A stretch of 64,000 bases of DNA from Pecten maximus (GCF_902652985.1 NC_047019.1:31868001-31932000), one strand, 5' to 3'. Counted from the stretch's first letter, positions 25,621 through 38,945 are shown. The notes: a model not told the origin generated them from the letters alone. A program made the numbers and translations.

Positions 25621-26414
25621 GTATATTTATACTTGTACAATCTGACCATGGGTTTATTTGATTCTAGCCAATAATTTGTATTTGTTTATTATACCCTATG
25701 TGGCCTAACCTTATTCTTGTTTCCTAACAAAGTATATATATATACCGGTATATATATATATTTGTATGTGCCTTCATATTATTCTTGTTACAAAACAAAA
25801 TATAAAGATGTTAATACATATAAGTAGCACATGTATATTTATACTTGTTTTACCTGATTTTTACAATTTTTATTTTATTCTATGTGACTTGATGTTATTC
25901 CTGATTCCTAACAAAATAAATATAAAGTTAAAAGATATATGTAGCACGTGTATAGTTATACTTGTGTATCTGGCCATGGATTTATTTCATTCTAGCCAAT
26001 ATATTTGAATTTGTTTATTTCATCCTATGCCTTGATCCTGTTTTTGTTTCCTAACAAAGTATAAAGATGTTGATAAAACTATGTAGCACAAATTAGTATA
26101 TTTATACTTGTGTATGACATGAGCTTACTTTGTGCCTGGGTGTTTTTTTTTCTTCAGAAAACTGTTTGCTACTTATCATGTATTGTTAGACTGGATGAGA
26201 TCATGAGTCTAAATAGTTTGTGTTATTGTTATGTGGTAATTTAAGTGTGAGAGTATAAGATGTGTAGCATGTGTGTCAGTGGTGTGACGAGTGAGAGCCC
26301 CGGTGTGTAGGGACATTGTTTATATCTTGAAGGCTGACCCCAAGGCCCCAACCTTGGCAGCCTTCCAACGTATACATGTTCTGGGGGATTAAATGTTTGT
26401 GTAAAAAAAATTAC

Positions 26415-27730
26415 TCACTATTAGTACCAATATTTCACTAACCATTAATACCAGTATTTTACTAACTATTGGTACCAATATATTTCACTTACTATCAATA
26501 CCGGTATTTCACTAGCAATCAGTACAGATTTTTCATTAACTATCAATAACGGTATTTCACTAACTATCCACACAGATTTTTTTACTAACTATCTGCACCG
26601 GTATTTCATTAACTATCAATACCCGCATTTCACTAGCTATCAAGACAGATTTTTTCACTAACTATCTGCACCGGTATTTCATTAACTATCAATAACGGTA
26701 TTTCACTAGCTATCAAGACAGATTTTTTCACTAACTATCTGCACCGGTATTTCATTAACTATCAATAACGGTATTTCACTAGCTATCAAGACAGATTTTT
26801 TCACTAACTATCTGCACCGGTATTTCATTAACTATCAAATCCCGCATTTAGATCACTTTCACAACCGGTATTTCACTAACTATCTGTACCTGTATTTCAC
26901 TAACTATCAGTACCGGTATTCCAGTAACTATCAGTACACTATCAGAACTGGTATTTCTCAAATGTACCAGAAAAGGTATTTCACTAACTACCAGTTCCGG
27001 TATTTCACCAACTACCAATACAGTATCAGTACATGTATTTCACTAACTATTAGTTCCAATATTTGACTAACAAAATTTCACTCACTATCAATACCGGTAT
27101 TTCACTAATTATCAGTACATGTATTTAAACTAACTGTAAGTACCAATATTTCACTAACTAAAAGTAAAAATATTTGACTAACTATCAGTACCAATATTTG
27201 ACTAACTACCAGTACCAATATTTGACTAACTATCAGTACCAATATTTGACTAACCATCAGTACCGGTATTTCACTAACTATCAGTACCAATGTTTGACTA
27301 ACTACCAGTACCAATGTTTGACTAACTACCAGTACCAATATTTGACTAACTATCAGTACCAATATTTGACTAACTACCAGTACCAATATTTGACTAACTA
27401 CCAGTATCAATATTTGACTAACTATCAGTACCAATATATGACTAACTACCAGTATCAATATTTGACTAACTATCAGTACCAATATTTGACTAACTACCAG
27501 TACCAATATTTGACTAACTACCAGTACCAATGTTTGACTAACTACCAGTACCAATATTTCACCAACTATCAGTACCGGTATTTCACTAACTATCAGTACC
27601 AATGTTTGACTAACTACCAGTACCAATATTTGACTTACTACCAGTACCAATAGTTCACCAACTATCAGTACCGGTATTTCACTGACTATTAGGACCGATA
27701 TTTCACCAACTCTCAGTACCGATATTTCAT
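26415..27730. repeat. 24-bp minisatellite in the presumed first intron of the CARD gene
   Basis: Unit actaacta(t/c)cagtaccaatatttg, about 50 copies, homogeneous at 27170-27650 and degenerate on the left. It produces the spurious TNYQYQYL / VLVVSQIL ORFs. Confidence 0.95.
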
Positions 27731-28235
27731 TGACTAAATTGGCAAAGCTGTTTTGCTTGTTTGTCGTATATCACTAATTACAGAAAGGGTTCAATGAATG
27801 TTGGGTAGCGCTTTTGGTCTGATTGAAAGATATAATATTATGTTTGCTACTCTTTCACTGTATCAAATATATTTTGTAATACCGTACTTTGCTACTAATA
27901 AAATGGTCCGAGACGATGTCTGACAGTATTTCACCTATGTATAGAAGTGATAAAGCTATTGTTTGGAGGTATATGCTTATTGAAAGGAATCTGATTATGA
28001 GCGAGATCAGTCTAATACAGAAATAAGTTGGTTTTAGACGGCAGTATTTCATTACAGAAGGGACCCAGCCAGTGATTTGATTAATGCACACATATTTCTT
28101 GATATTGGTCATCATGTTATAGCGGGATAATATCTATACATCTACAATTAAAATATTTCATTTTAATAATATTTGTGTTTGTTTTCATAAAAAAACTAAC
28201 TATTTTTACTTCTCCCACAGGATGTAAACGTAACT

Positions 28236-30398
28236 ATGGAAACAATACAAGAACATACCCTCCGAAGAAACCAGGTACAGTTCGTTGATGACCTTGACCC
28301 AAAAGATGTCCTTGACGTTTTATTAGATGACGGAATCCTCACAGAGAATGACTATGAACGTGTGAGTTCAGGTAAATCAAGGAAAGAACGATGTCGGATT
28401 CTTTTAGCTTTGCTTCCAACACGTGGCCCTACGGCGTATGGTTCGTTCCAACGAGCACTGAAGCAAAGTATTTACCCACATTTGGCTGAACTGATGCATA
28501 CTGATACATTAAGTAATAATGATCAACAGCATCTTAACATGACAGGTCGCGGGAGTAAGGATGGACTGAGGCATTCTAGCGTATGTTCTAAATGCGAGCC
28601 ACTTTTCCCAAGTAAATTTTCAGATCCGGAGCTTGCAGTGACACTGAGGAAAAACTGTTGTTTACTAATGGGAAATATTGAACCAAATGATATATTAGAC
28701 TGGCATTACCAGGAGTTTGTGTTGGGTAGGGATGAATGTGACAGAATCAGATCCGGAAAAACAAGAAAGGAAAGATTTGTCTTATTTCTGGAAGAAATTT
28801 CGAAATGCCAAAATAATAATGTATTATCTGTATTTAAGATGTCATTAGAAAAGAAATATGGTTTCATTGTGGTAAAATTGGACAATAATGCTGCAGAAAC
28901 CATTCCGACAGACGCCGTCTCTAGATTGACGGGACCTGTTCAACACGACTCGGAAAATAATGGAACTGGACGCTCGACTTCAGATTGTGCTTTAAGAGAA
29001 GAAGGTGATTATTTTAGTCTCCGTATACAACAGGGAACAAATGTCATCGAAGATAAAACAGGTAGCGATATTACATCAACGTATTGTCCTACAACAGTTG
29101 TAAAACACACGAAAAATACGATAAAACGTCATTGTGATTTTGAGTCCGTGTCGTCTGATATGGGACTGTCTCAAGCAGACTGTGCATTTATACCGAACCA
29201 GCATTTGCTTCCCATGACTGAATCTAATATGCAAAAATCCAAACGACGAACGATTCCACAGTATTCAACCGATTCCGAAGACGATTTCTTTTTTAATCAG
29301 GTTTACCAACGGCACCACAGGACAGGTAAAAAACATGAAGATGGCTGGTCAGAACATGCTCCGGACAAAAACGAAAAAAGTTCTGCAGACACAAGGAAGG
29401 TATCTTTCTCAGTTAATCCTGGATCCTTAAACCCGGGAAGTCTTCCCAACAGACGACTAGAGGTAGCGTTTAACCTGCTCAGCACGATGATTAACCAGGG
29501 GCAATATGAAAAGTTTGAACATTTTTCTAACGGATTAAAACAAAAATACCATCGCAATGCTGATATGATGTGTATAATTGGATATTTGAATGCCAGCAAA
29601 GACCTGTTCAAAACCAATTTTGATTCGGCGAAAAAGCATATCACTTCTGCAATGGAACTGGTTCCAAAGACAAGTAATCCTAAATATTTTACTCTTGAAT
29701 TATTCACGGCATTGACACGTATGTATATTACACGGAAGAAGCTCCAAAAACTTCAAAGAGTACTCGATGACGCAAAAATGATAATTGCGTCAGATCCGGT
29801 AGGTTGCACTGGACGAGCTGCAGGTTGGCTGTATATGAACGATGCTAGGAACATGACGGCTCTGATTGGCATGCTTAATGTACACAAACCGAACTTTATA
29901 GCTGCTTATAAAAACCTTCACGAACAGGCAAAACGAAGTTTTCGGTTGTCTCTTACAAATTTCCAAAGAGACGGTGGCAAAGATGGACCTTTTGGTTTTG
30001 GTTATGCTCTATGTAGACTAACGATATTACTACTACAGTGTGGGGATAGTGGCCTGACAATGGACGTGCTTCATCCAGATTATGACGATATAGAACTAGC
30101 TGGAGGCTACCTTCGTCAGTTAGAGAACTCAAACATTCCCATACCAAAGATTTTAGAAGTGCATTATCTCCTCGCTAAATGTGATTACCAATACCGTCGA
30201 GGAAATACTGTCAGGGCTCTTGAGTATGCTGACGCAGCACATCGTCTCGCCACGGAGATCAACATGTTAGAATTTACGGAGCATGCTCTCAATAGAGTCG
30301 TCTTCCTGAGAACTAGGACGCCTTTAGTTATCCAGACAGTGGACGAAGAAGAGGCTTCGCGGATTCTGTTTGAGGAATCTTCTGATAACAGTCACTAA
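28236..30398 (+). CDS. Tandem CARD-CARD plus C-terminal TPR-like helical domain protein (720 aa, single coding exon)
   Basis: Uninterrupted 2163-nt ORF. CARD1 aa ~1-88 (LRRNQVQFVDDLDPKDVLDVL...LTENDYERV..GKSRKERCRILLALLPTRGPTAYGSFQRALK...YPHLAELM). CARD2 aa ~130-216 (LRKNCCLLMGNIEPNDILD..YQEFVL..DECDRIRSGKTRKER..LFLEEI). S/T/D-rich linker. Helical repeats aa ~405-700 with TPR-like motifs (HYLLAKCDYQYRRGNTVRALEYADAAHRLA). Polypyrimidine/CAG acceptor ends at 28220, 15 nt before the ATG. AATAAA at 30686. Confidence 0.93.
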   Translation: METIQEHTLRRNQVQFVDDLDPKDVLDVLLDDGILTENDYERVSSGKSRKERCRILLALLPTRGPTAYGSFQRALKQSIYPHLAELMHTDTLSNNDQQHLNMTGRGSKDGLRHSSVCSKCEPLFPSKFSDPELAVTLRKNCCLLMGNIEPNDILDWHYQEFVLGRDECDRIRSGKTRKERFVLFLEEISKCQNNNVLSVFKMSLEKKYGFIVVKLDNNAAETIPTDAVSRLTGPVQHDSENNGTGRSTSDCALREEGDYFSLRIQQGTNVIEDKTGSDITSTYCPTTVVKHTKNTIKRHCDFESVSSDMGLSQADCAFIPNQHLLPMTESNMQKSKRRTIPQYSTDSEDDFFFNQVYQRHHRTGKKHEDGWSEHAPDKNEKSSADTRKVSFSVNPGSLNPGSLPNRRLEVAFNLLSTMINQGQYEKFEHFSNGLKQKYHRNADMMCIIGYLNASKDLFKTNFDSAKKHITSAMELVPKTSNPKYFTLELFTALTRMYITRKKLQKLQRVLDDAKMIIASDPVGCTGRAAGWLYMNDARNMTALIGMLNVHKPNFIAAYKNLHEQAKRSFRLSLTNFQRDGGKDGPFGFGYALCRLTILLLQCGDSGLTMDVLHPDYDDIELAGGYLRQLENSNIPIPKILEVHYLLAKCDYQYRRGNTVRALEYADAAHRLATEINMLEFTEHALNRVVFLRTRTPLVIQTVDEEEASRILFEESSDNSH

Positions 30399-30904
30399 AT
30401 GTTACTATGTAGACGTAACTACTACCTTGAAAGGTGGATATGGCAAATGAATCTCATTTTGATGGATTGCACCTCATTTTGGCAACTGCGGGCATACTAC
30501 CGTATACGTAGTCAAAATGAGGTACAATTCTTATATTTACATAAAAAAAAGTTTAAATACAGCACGAAAAAATTACAATTCAGAGTGTATTGCGACGTTG
30601 GTAACAACGGCAGCTGTGGTGGTTGCTAAGATGAAACAGTTCTAGTGAATCTACATGAAGACACCAGTATTGTTAACAAAATTAAAATAAACAGCTCAAC
30701 ATTTTTGTTTAATACCTTTTGCGTTTTTAATTAAATGACATATTCACAATCCACAAGTCCCGTTTCTGATTAACGTTGGAGTCATGTACAGCGTGTATTG
30801 ACACAGATTTAGTAGTGACATGGTCGGATGTTCTCTAGGAACTGTACACATCAGCCGTTTGTTATTACCTTACATCGTGGAGAGAAGTTAAATATGTACC
30901 TATT

Positions 30905-31075
30905 TCCGCAATATTCAGTTTAGTATTTCACAAAATACTCACTTGACGTTAGTGTTTTTTGCAGAGATCATTGGATAACAGTAGAAAACGCTAAAGTTGA
31001 GTTGATCAATCTTTTCAAAATGGCGTCGTCTAGTTGAGGTTCCGGTAACGTTACAAATAACACGTCATTATTATG
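30905..31075. repeat. Fragment of an interspersed repeat shared with 52300-52470
   Basis: acaaaatactcacttga...ataacag.agaaaac.ct...gttgatca.tc.tttcaaaatggc..cgtc.agttga.gt..gtaacgt.acaaa...acgtcatta occurs at both sites. Confidence 0.75.
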
Positions 31076-33504
31076 TTACCGATTCTCGCGCTTACTAATC
31101 CGCTGAGCCCTTTTTGTCACTGCATATACGCTTATTTATTCGCAGTCAGAGTTTACTAAGCTAAAGAAGCTCGAGATGTCAATGTATGTCTATAACCCGA
31201 AAAATCTTTTTCAGAGTCTTAAGCTTGAAAATGGTGTTAAAATTGCCGAGCTGAAAATGTTTTTTAAATGGATATCACTTAATGCACCACGTGTTCACAT
31301 ATGAATTATTTACTTGATCCACTTAACGCCAAATTTGAAATAGATTTCCACAGAACTAATCATAGTCAAAGAAAGCGAATCTAAAGGCACAACAACTATT
31401 GCTAAAGGTACCTGTAGGAGGCGGAGTGTGCCATACCTTGATCAACCAGGTCATTACCTTAAGATACCAATCATACTCATGGATATGTTTTACATATAAA
31501 TGTCATGACAAAATAAGTGAATATATTGATATGACACATTTCTACATGTCGATTGTATGCATATGATAATAAAATGTAACTTAACAGCCAGTATTGGATT
31601 TTTTGTGTGACGTTTCGGTGACTTTACTAGGTCACGTGATGCGTATGAACACTGAGGTGGAAATTGTGAATAGTCGTACCAGATCTCAGATGTAAAAGAG
31701 TTTTCAGGTCCATATTGATTTAGAACCAACACTGCTATTAGAGTGACTGCCTATTTTCATTTGCAGTAACAGCAGTAGCAAGGGAGGTAACTCGGAGTAT
31801 ATGACATATGAGGAAATAAAAACTAATCCACGAGTATACGTAATTGTTCACCGACGGTTGTCTGATGAAGGTAAACGAAGAACAGGTAGTGTCAGTTATC
31901 GGAACGTTAGATTACCTGGGCATTTTACAGGTGATTTCACTTGAATCTAAAAAGCATATAGTTTCCATGATAGAACACACAACGGAGTGTTTCTGCTATA
32001 GACAATGGGCCTGATAAAAAGGTAGGATTATTTACATATGAAATAACTGTTTATTAAGTTTCGTACATCCCCCAAAATCCTTTAAACATACAGAACAGTT
32101 GCCATGTCCTTCTAGGATAGCCAGTGATGCTTGAGCGAATAAATCCATGGAAATAAAGAAAATCGAAGAAAATGAAAATGTGGAAATAAAACTCTTTTCA
32201 GATTACACTAGGCAAGATTATGGAAGATTTTCCTGTTGCAAGATCGCCATCTTGTTCTTGTTCGTTCATCATCCAGGGACGTAACTCAGCACTCACCTAG
32301 TTGGTTCACATTCTATTTTTAGATGCTTATTGCATACTCTACTTGTGGACTGGTTGATGAAATCTCACTTTGTAAAGTTTTATATCTATACAAAAATCAT
32401 AGAAAGATTTAAAACATCAACTTGCTTTCAAATTAATATTATGTGCATTTCAGTAAGGGAGGCATGCCCTCCAAAGATTACAAGGTATGTCATCGTAGGG
32501 TTATATTTCTTATCCATGAAGATATTCTTTATGTGTTTATAACTGACTCTCACCCGTCGTCTCCCTAACATAGAGTATTTGATGGTGCCAGATGGATAGC
32601 TACTTACATATTTAGCTATATGGTTATATTTGCCACTCCAGCCAAAATTCAGCTCAGTAATGCTATGAAAGACTCGGGGAAGCTCACCGTGTATGATTAA
32701 AGGGCAAAGTGGTGACTACAGAAGTCGTCTAAAAAAGAAGATATGTTAAAGATGTTAAACTATATCAATGCTTTTTTCCGGACTATGAAATGTTTGTAAT
32801 AAATATTCATAAAATCGAGCAATTGTGAAAAGAAACAGGAAATGTGAAGGTTCATATGGAAATAAAACTTTAAAATATAACATTATGATTAATTCTGTTT
32901 TGTAAATAATAAAGAAAAAGAGCTTTCAAAGTGATTTTAAAAATAATTTTGGCTCCTGTTATGATATCAAAATATAACCGCATTTTCATTATCATTTTAT
33001 GATGTTTATCATAACACAAACAGCGATTGAAACAAAAACAATGTTTGTGAACATTCGAAAACGTGTTTATATAACAGTTTTCAGTCGCTATTTTTGTTAT
33101 ATATTGTTTGTTCGATGTTTGGTTAAGAAAAAAAGGCTTCAGCAAAATGTTTTTGCCAAACAAATGGTAATACTAAGCAAAACGGATGAATCCCAATTGT
33201 TCATTTTAGTTCATAGGGATCATCGCCGTATACCGATGGTCGATTTCACTACAGTACGCTACACCTGTAGGTCAGCTCAGTAAACAATTCTCGTTTCAAT
33301 GACGTCACTCTATTACTATAAACCAATCAACATAGACACCGAAACGCGCTTTCATCATGCTTATCTATTACTTAACTTTGATGCTGTTAACTTGTGCATC
33401 TTAAATGTGCAATCTGCGAAGGTTGAAATCGTGTTTTATTTTCGGCGGATATTGACCTGTGATTGGCATAGAAAATTAATTATCATTAGTTTTATTAGTT
33501 CGTC

Positions 33505-36000
33505 TTTGAAGAATGCTTTTATTGAGTATAGCCATTTTTTACCGGAATGTATAGTATTTCTATCGACATCCGGTGTCTACGAGGCTATTAATCATGTTAT
33601 TTAGTCATTCATTATGTTATACTGCTTAAATCACCAGCTTAAGCAGGATACCTGACTTTTGAAAGAACGTTTTACGAAAATTAGGTTTTCACAAGAATTC
33701 CATTCTAGAACTTACTTACTGATAATAGGAAACGAAATTTTGACAAAGCAGTAGTTAGCTACAACACAAAAACAAAAGCACGTGAACTGTTCATATATTT
33801 TGGTAAGGAATGAAATGTATCGTTCCCCCTTCATGTACTGCTCCGCCTATCTGAAAAGGAAAGCAGGGAATATGAGAAAATGACACTGTAATACGGGAGT
33901 TATTATTTCTTATTTTGTCTCGATTGACAGGGAGGATACACTCGTATATATACTTTTGTCGCCAGTATTTGGATATACTGAGTTATCAATCGTTGTGTGG
34001 GACGACCTAGTCACTTAACAGATACATGATCAGCATTATAAACGTAAAATCACATGTCACCTTAGATATGCAGATATCCGTTATTCCATTGCTTTTGTTT
34101 TTATTTGGTGCAAAATATTGAAATCAAAATACGAAAATAAATGAATAAAATAATATTCTAGCCTATGCAATAGTCTACTGGCATTTATATAATATATATC
34201 TGATCTTATACGTCGTTTAATAAAGCAATATCCATGTGTCGACGTTAACGAAGCGGCATCCAAAAGCAAACATGTCACACGTCTTATGCCTGCTGGTAGA
34301 TGACCCAAGAACAGTAGTTTCCCGTCCGCCAAACCATGAATATATCGAAAACGGCGACAACCATCTGATACATCCATCTTTACCAGTATTCGTGTTTTAA
34401 CCAGTTTCGACCGACCAGTCGGGCAGACAAGAGGCTCTTTTGTCAGTTTATGTAAACTGACCATCCCTTGGATAGTAATTACCCTGAATGGTCATCCGTA
34501 GAGGTCGGTCTTTTTTGTGTATTTCAATAACCCTGATTAATACGTATAACTACACATATCAAAATCCATGCATCACATAATACAACACGTAAATCAGCAT
34601 CAAGGATTTTGTGAATAGGTTTTCCGAGGAGGCATACTAACTTAGTATTATTACCTGTAACAACTCGAGTAAGTTTGAACAAAGAAGACATTAGCTGATA
34701 AATTAGAGAACTGCATCTTACGTATCTATACAGCTTTTATTCTAAAAACAATATAATACTATTCTTAATAATCAAGTTTCACGCAAAAGTATTCGATATC
34801 GACACGATAAAGTTAGTTAAATGTTATTTTAACGTGCTGTTTCTTACATGACTTAACAGTAAGAATAATTAAGATATTTAACAATAGAGAGGCTTTCCAA
34901 ATACTCGTGAAGGAATATAATAAGGTAGATGTCGATTACAGTGTTCAATCTGATATATGTAGTTAAACAATTCACATTTCTGTAGATAGACAACACAGTG
35001 TTTATGTATCGGGTCGTTTAGTATTTAGTAGATAGCAAATAATGTCAACAAGATAGGGGCAGGACCTTGACACTAAAGGGCAAGTATAGAAGACCTATGT
35101 ATGGACCTATGTATGGACTATGAAGTAAATCCAGTCAGCTGAAAAAGAATTGATCCAGAAATAACTAAGCTCCAATCATAAGACTGTGTGATATAAATTA
35201 GATTTAAGTAACACTTATACGTGCAATTTAATTAGTTATGATTACGACATGAATTAGGATGAGTTAGATTGTTTTTTAAGAATGCTTTTATAGGATAAAA
35301 ACCAATATTTTGACCGGGGATTTATAGTATTTATTTTTTTAGCTTCAGCAGAATACCTGACGTTTGAAAGAACGTTTTACGAAAATTAGATTTGTACATG
35401 AATTCCATTGTAGAAGTTGCTTACTGATAAGAAACGAAATATTGACAAACTGTATTCAGCTACAACTAAAAACCAAAAGCATGAGCTGTTCATATATTTG
35501 GGTAAGGGATGGTATTGAGATGTACTCTTCTCTCTTAATCTACTGACAGGGAGGATATATATACTTTTGTCGCCAGTGTTGGGAGATACTGAGTTTTCAA
35601 TAGTCGTGTTGGACGACCTAGTCACTTATGAGATACATGATCAGCATTATAAACGTAAAATTACATGCCACCCTAGATATGTAGACATCAGTTGTTCTAT
35701 TGCGTATGTTTTTACTTGGTGCAAAATATTGAAATAAGATGCCATTATAACACAGTGTATATGATAGATAGCAAATAATGTCAACAAGATAGGGACAGGA
35801 ACTTGACACTAAAGGGCAAGCATAGCAGACCTAAACATGAACCATCAACTGAAGTAAATCCAGTAAGCTGAAAAAAGATTTATCCAGAAATAACTAAATT
35901 CCAATCATAAGACTGTGTGATATAAATTAGATTTAAGTAACACTAACACATGTTAGTTAATTAGTTATGATTATGATATGAATGAGGATGAGATAGATAA
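33505..36000. repeat. Local diverged duplications (X 33505-34130 ~ X' 35275-35735; Y 35030-35270 ~ Y' 35764-36000)
   Basis: Examples: tttgaaagaacgttttacgaaaattag at 33658 and 35363; agatagcaaataatgtcaacaagataggg at 35030 and 35766. Confidence 0.85.
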
Positions 36001-36269
36001 TAAAAAATGAAAGAGCAGTACACGACTTGCTGGAAGGTTGATTATTGAAGAACTTATAATTCCCGGAGATCGCCATTAGCTCCCGGTGCTAGTTAAATAG
36101 GGTATAGAAGTGTTACTAAAATAGTCACCAAAGGTAAAGGTTTGTTGGTGTTTTTCTTTGCAAGGACACAGACGTATCCGTAGATGGGTTTTGCTGTCCG
36201 GATGTATCGGTCGGTGATTTTCATTTGATGGACGCATGCATCGTTGATTACAGTTCTCTAGGCGCGTAT

Positions 36270-36745
36270 GTCAATTATTTCCCTTTCTGGGAGGGTCTTA
36301 TATTGTTTAATTCCGTTCTCTAGGTGGGTCTATAAGTTGGTTATTTCCGTATTCTGGGTGGGTCTGTACTGTATGTTGGTTATTTCCGTTTTCTGGGTGG
36401 GTCTGTATGTTGTTTTTTTCGGTTTTTCTGGGTGGGTCTGTATGTTGTTTTTTTCCGGTTTTTCTGGGTGGGTCTATATGTTGGTTATTTCCGTTTTCTG
36501 GGTGAGCCTGTATATTGGTTATTTCCGATCTCTGGGTGGGTCTGTATGTTGATTATTTCCGTTTTCTGGGTGGATCTGTATATTGGTTATTTCCATTTTC
36601 TGTACGCATATGTTGACGACGTTCTTTTTCTGGACTTGAATATTAATTATTTCCATTTTCTCGATGTGTGCATTGATTTGTACCGTTTTCTGGACGTGTA
36701 CATTAATGATTTCCGTTTTCTCGACGTGTACATCAATGATTTCCG
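36270..36745. repeat. ~30-35-bp minisatellite
   Basis: gttggttatttccgttttctgggtgggtctgtat units grading into gatttccgttttctcgacgtgtacat units. Confidence 0.85.
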
Positions 36746-37304
36746 AAAGACAACAATCGGATATCGGAAAATTTTATATAGAAATCAAAAAGGAATATGA
36801 CTGCACACTATATTTCAGGAAAACAAAACTGAAACACGAATGACTTTCAAAATGACTTTGATCTGAAACAGGTTATAATGTGTTGCATTATACAAAATAT
36901 GTACATAACCTAGTATTGATAATGACGATCTCTTTTAAGCAAATTTAACGTTAATATAATACATTCTAAGACGTTTTGATGACTACACTATCAATTTCAT
37001 CAGACTAATGACCAATGTTAAGCATACTGGCACGGAAATCGATCGACTGTTAGGATGTTTCGTCTCTATCACGATCCTATTGACATAAAGTTGGGAAAAA
37101 TAAAATAGAATCAAAGAGGTGTGGAAGATGGTATGATATACTGTAGTCGAATCGGCTACGTTTTGTTTAACATTTGGTCATAGATGTACAAGAGTCTACA
37201 TCTTATCAGTATTACTATAATTATGAATAAAGATAAATCTATCTGTCACCCACATTTTTTCCATATCGTCTGTATTTGACCATTTGGTAACAGCTTAACG
37301 CTTA

Positions 37305-38037
37305 AATAGAGGGTAGAATCATGATCACTTTCGTTACATCAGTCCATAGATTTACAGAGTTATAGAGGGTTGAATCAAGATCACTCTAAAAACGCTATCC
37401 AATAGATATACATATATATAGATGATAGAATCACGATCATTCTGGTCATACAAACCCATAGATAAACATAGATATAGATGATAGAATCACGATCATTCTG
37501 GCCACACAATCCCATAGATATACATACAGATGTAGATATAGATGATAGAATAACGATCACTCTGGTTACACCATCCCATAGATATACATAGATATAGGCC
37601 TAGAGGATAGAATAACGATCACCCTAGTTACGACATCCCATAGATAAACATATGAATAAAGGGTAGAACCACGATAACTCTAAAACACCATCCCATAGAT
37701 ATACATAAATATAGAGGGCAGAATCACAATCACTCTTGTACACCATCCCATAGATATACATAGATATAGAGGGTAGAATAACGATCACTCTTGTACACCA
37801 TCCCATAGATATACATAGATATAGAGGGTAGAATCACGATCACTCTTGTACACCATCCCATAGATATACATATATATAGAGGGTAGAATCACGATCACTC
37901 TTGTACACCATCCCATAGATATACATATATATAGAGGGTAGAATCACGATCACTCTTGTACACCATCCCATAGATATACATAGATATAGGCCTAGAGTAT
38001 AGAATAACGATCACCCTAGTTACGACATCCCATAGAT
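37305..38037. repeat. 55-bp minisatellite
   Basis: Unit atcccatagatatacatagatatagagggtagaatcacgatcactcttgtacacc with exact 55-bp period at 37743-37963. Confidence 0.95.
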
Positions 38038-38502
38038 GATAAAGTTGTCATCACATAGCCTGCCAATTAATATCCCTGAATGTCTGGCTACTGGATGATC
38101 CAATCGTCATGTATATTGATGTGGGGCCTGCAAAATGATCAGTTGTCTATTTTAACTTTTAAATGACTTTTCATTTTCAAATAACGTCTTTAATAATTTT
38201 TCCAGTGACGAATAATTTGTACTTACATAATACAATATATCCAATCAGCCTCAACGTCTCGAGTAAAAGAAATTATAAACACCGATGGGGTCTGTTTTGG
38301 GGATATGGGACCATCAATTTTATTACGCTTTCTAGCAATGAAATATCGAAAATTAATCATTCCATAAAACTGATATTTTTCATTAGTGACAAAATTTACT
38401 TTTTCTGATAAAAAGTCAAAATAATCAAAACTCTGTTTAAAAACGGCAATGGAAAAAGTTAAAAGCTGATCCGGTATTGTTTGTTATAAAAATGTAACAA
38501 AC

Positions 38503-38653
38503 AGAATATCTAACAGCATCTGCAATAATAGCAAATGTATTTCACGCGTGTGGCTAATATTTTGATATTTTTCACGAGTGCGCATCTATCGAAATATTAG
38601 CCCCACTCGTAAAATATAGTTGGTATGACTGAAAACACTGTTAGATATACTCT
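38503..38653. mobile_element. ~150-bp imperfect hairpin element
   Basis: agaatatctaacag / ctgttagatatact and ggctaatattttgata / tatcgaaatattagcc form nested inverted arms. Confidence 0.6.
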
Positions 38654-38945
38654 ATGAATACATCAAGGAATTATATCTATACATTTTATAAGACCATTAG
38701 AGAAATGCTATGATGGTGTTTCAATCGGTCAACTGTTTATCTTTAAAATGAATATGACGATAATATACATGTATAATTTAATAATTTTAGCCCACGGTAC
38801 ACCCCAATACTTACTCTATACTCGATTTGTGTCCTCAGAAGTGATGAATAAACTTTGCCGCTTGTTTGTGACGGTGTTATCAAACCTTTGCTATTCGGGG
38901 TCAGCCCTGGTCATGGTGTTAGATAACGACATTCCAATGTTCTGT

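Noticed and set aside
27105-27653. 181-aa VLVVSQIL and 159-aa TNYQYQYL ORFs as proteins
   Set aside because: Both are by-products of a 24-bp minisatellite, with non-ATG starts and no splice context.
28706-30147. Antisense ORFs within the CARD gene
   Set aside because: Short shadow frames with no recognisable motifs.
32695-33300. TTAA-flanked DNA transposon end (ttaaagggca...)
   Set aside because: No matching opposite terminus could be identified by eye.
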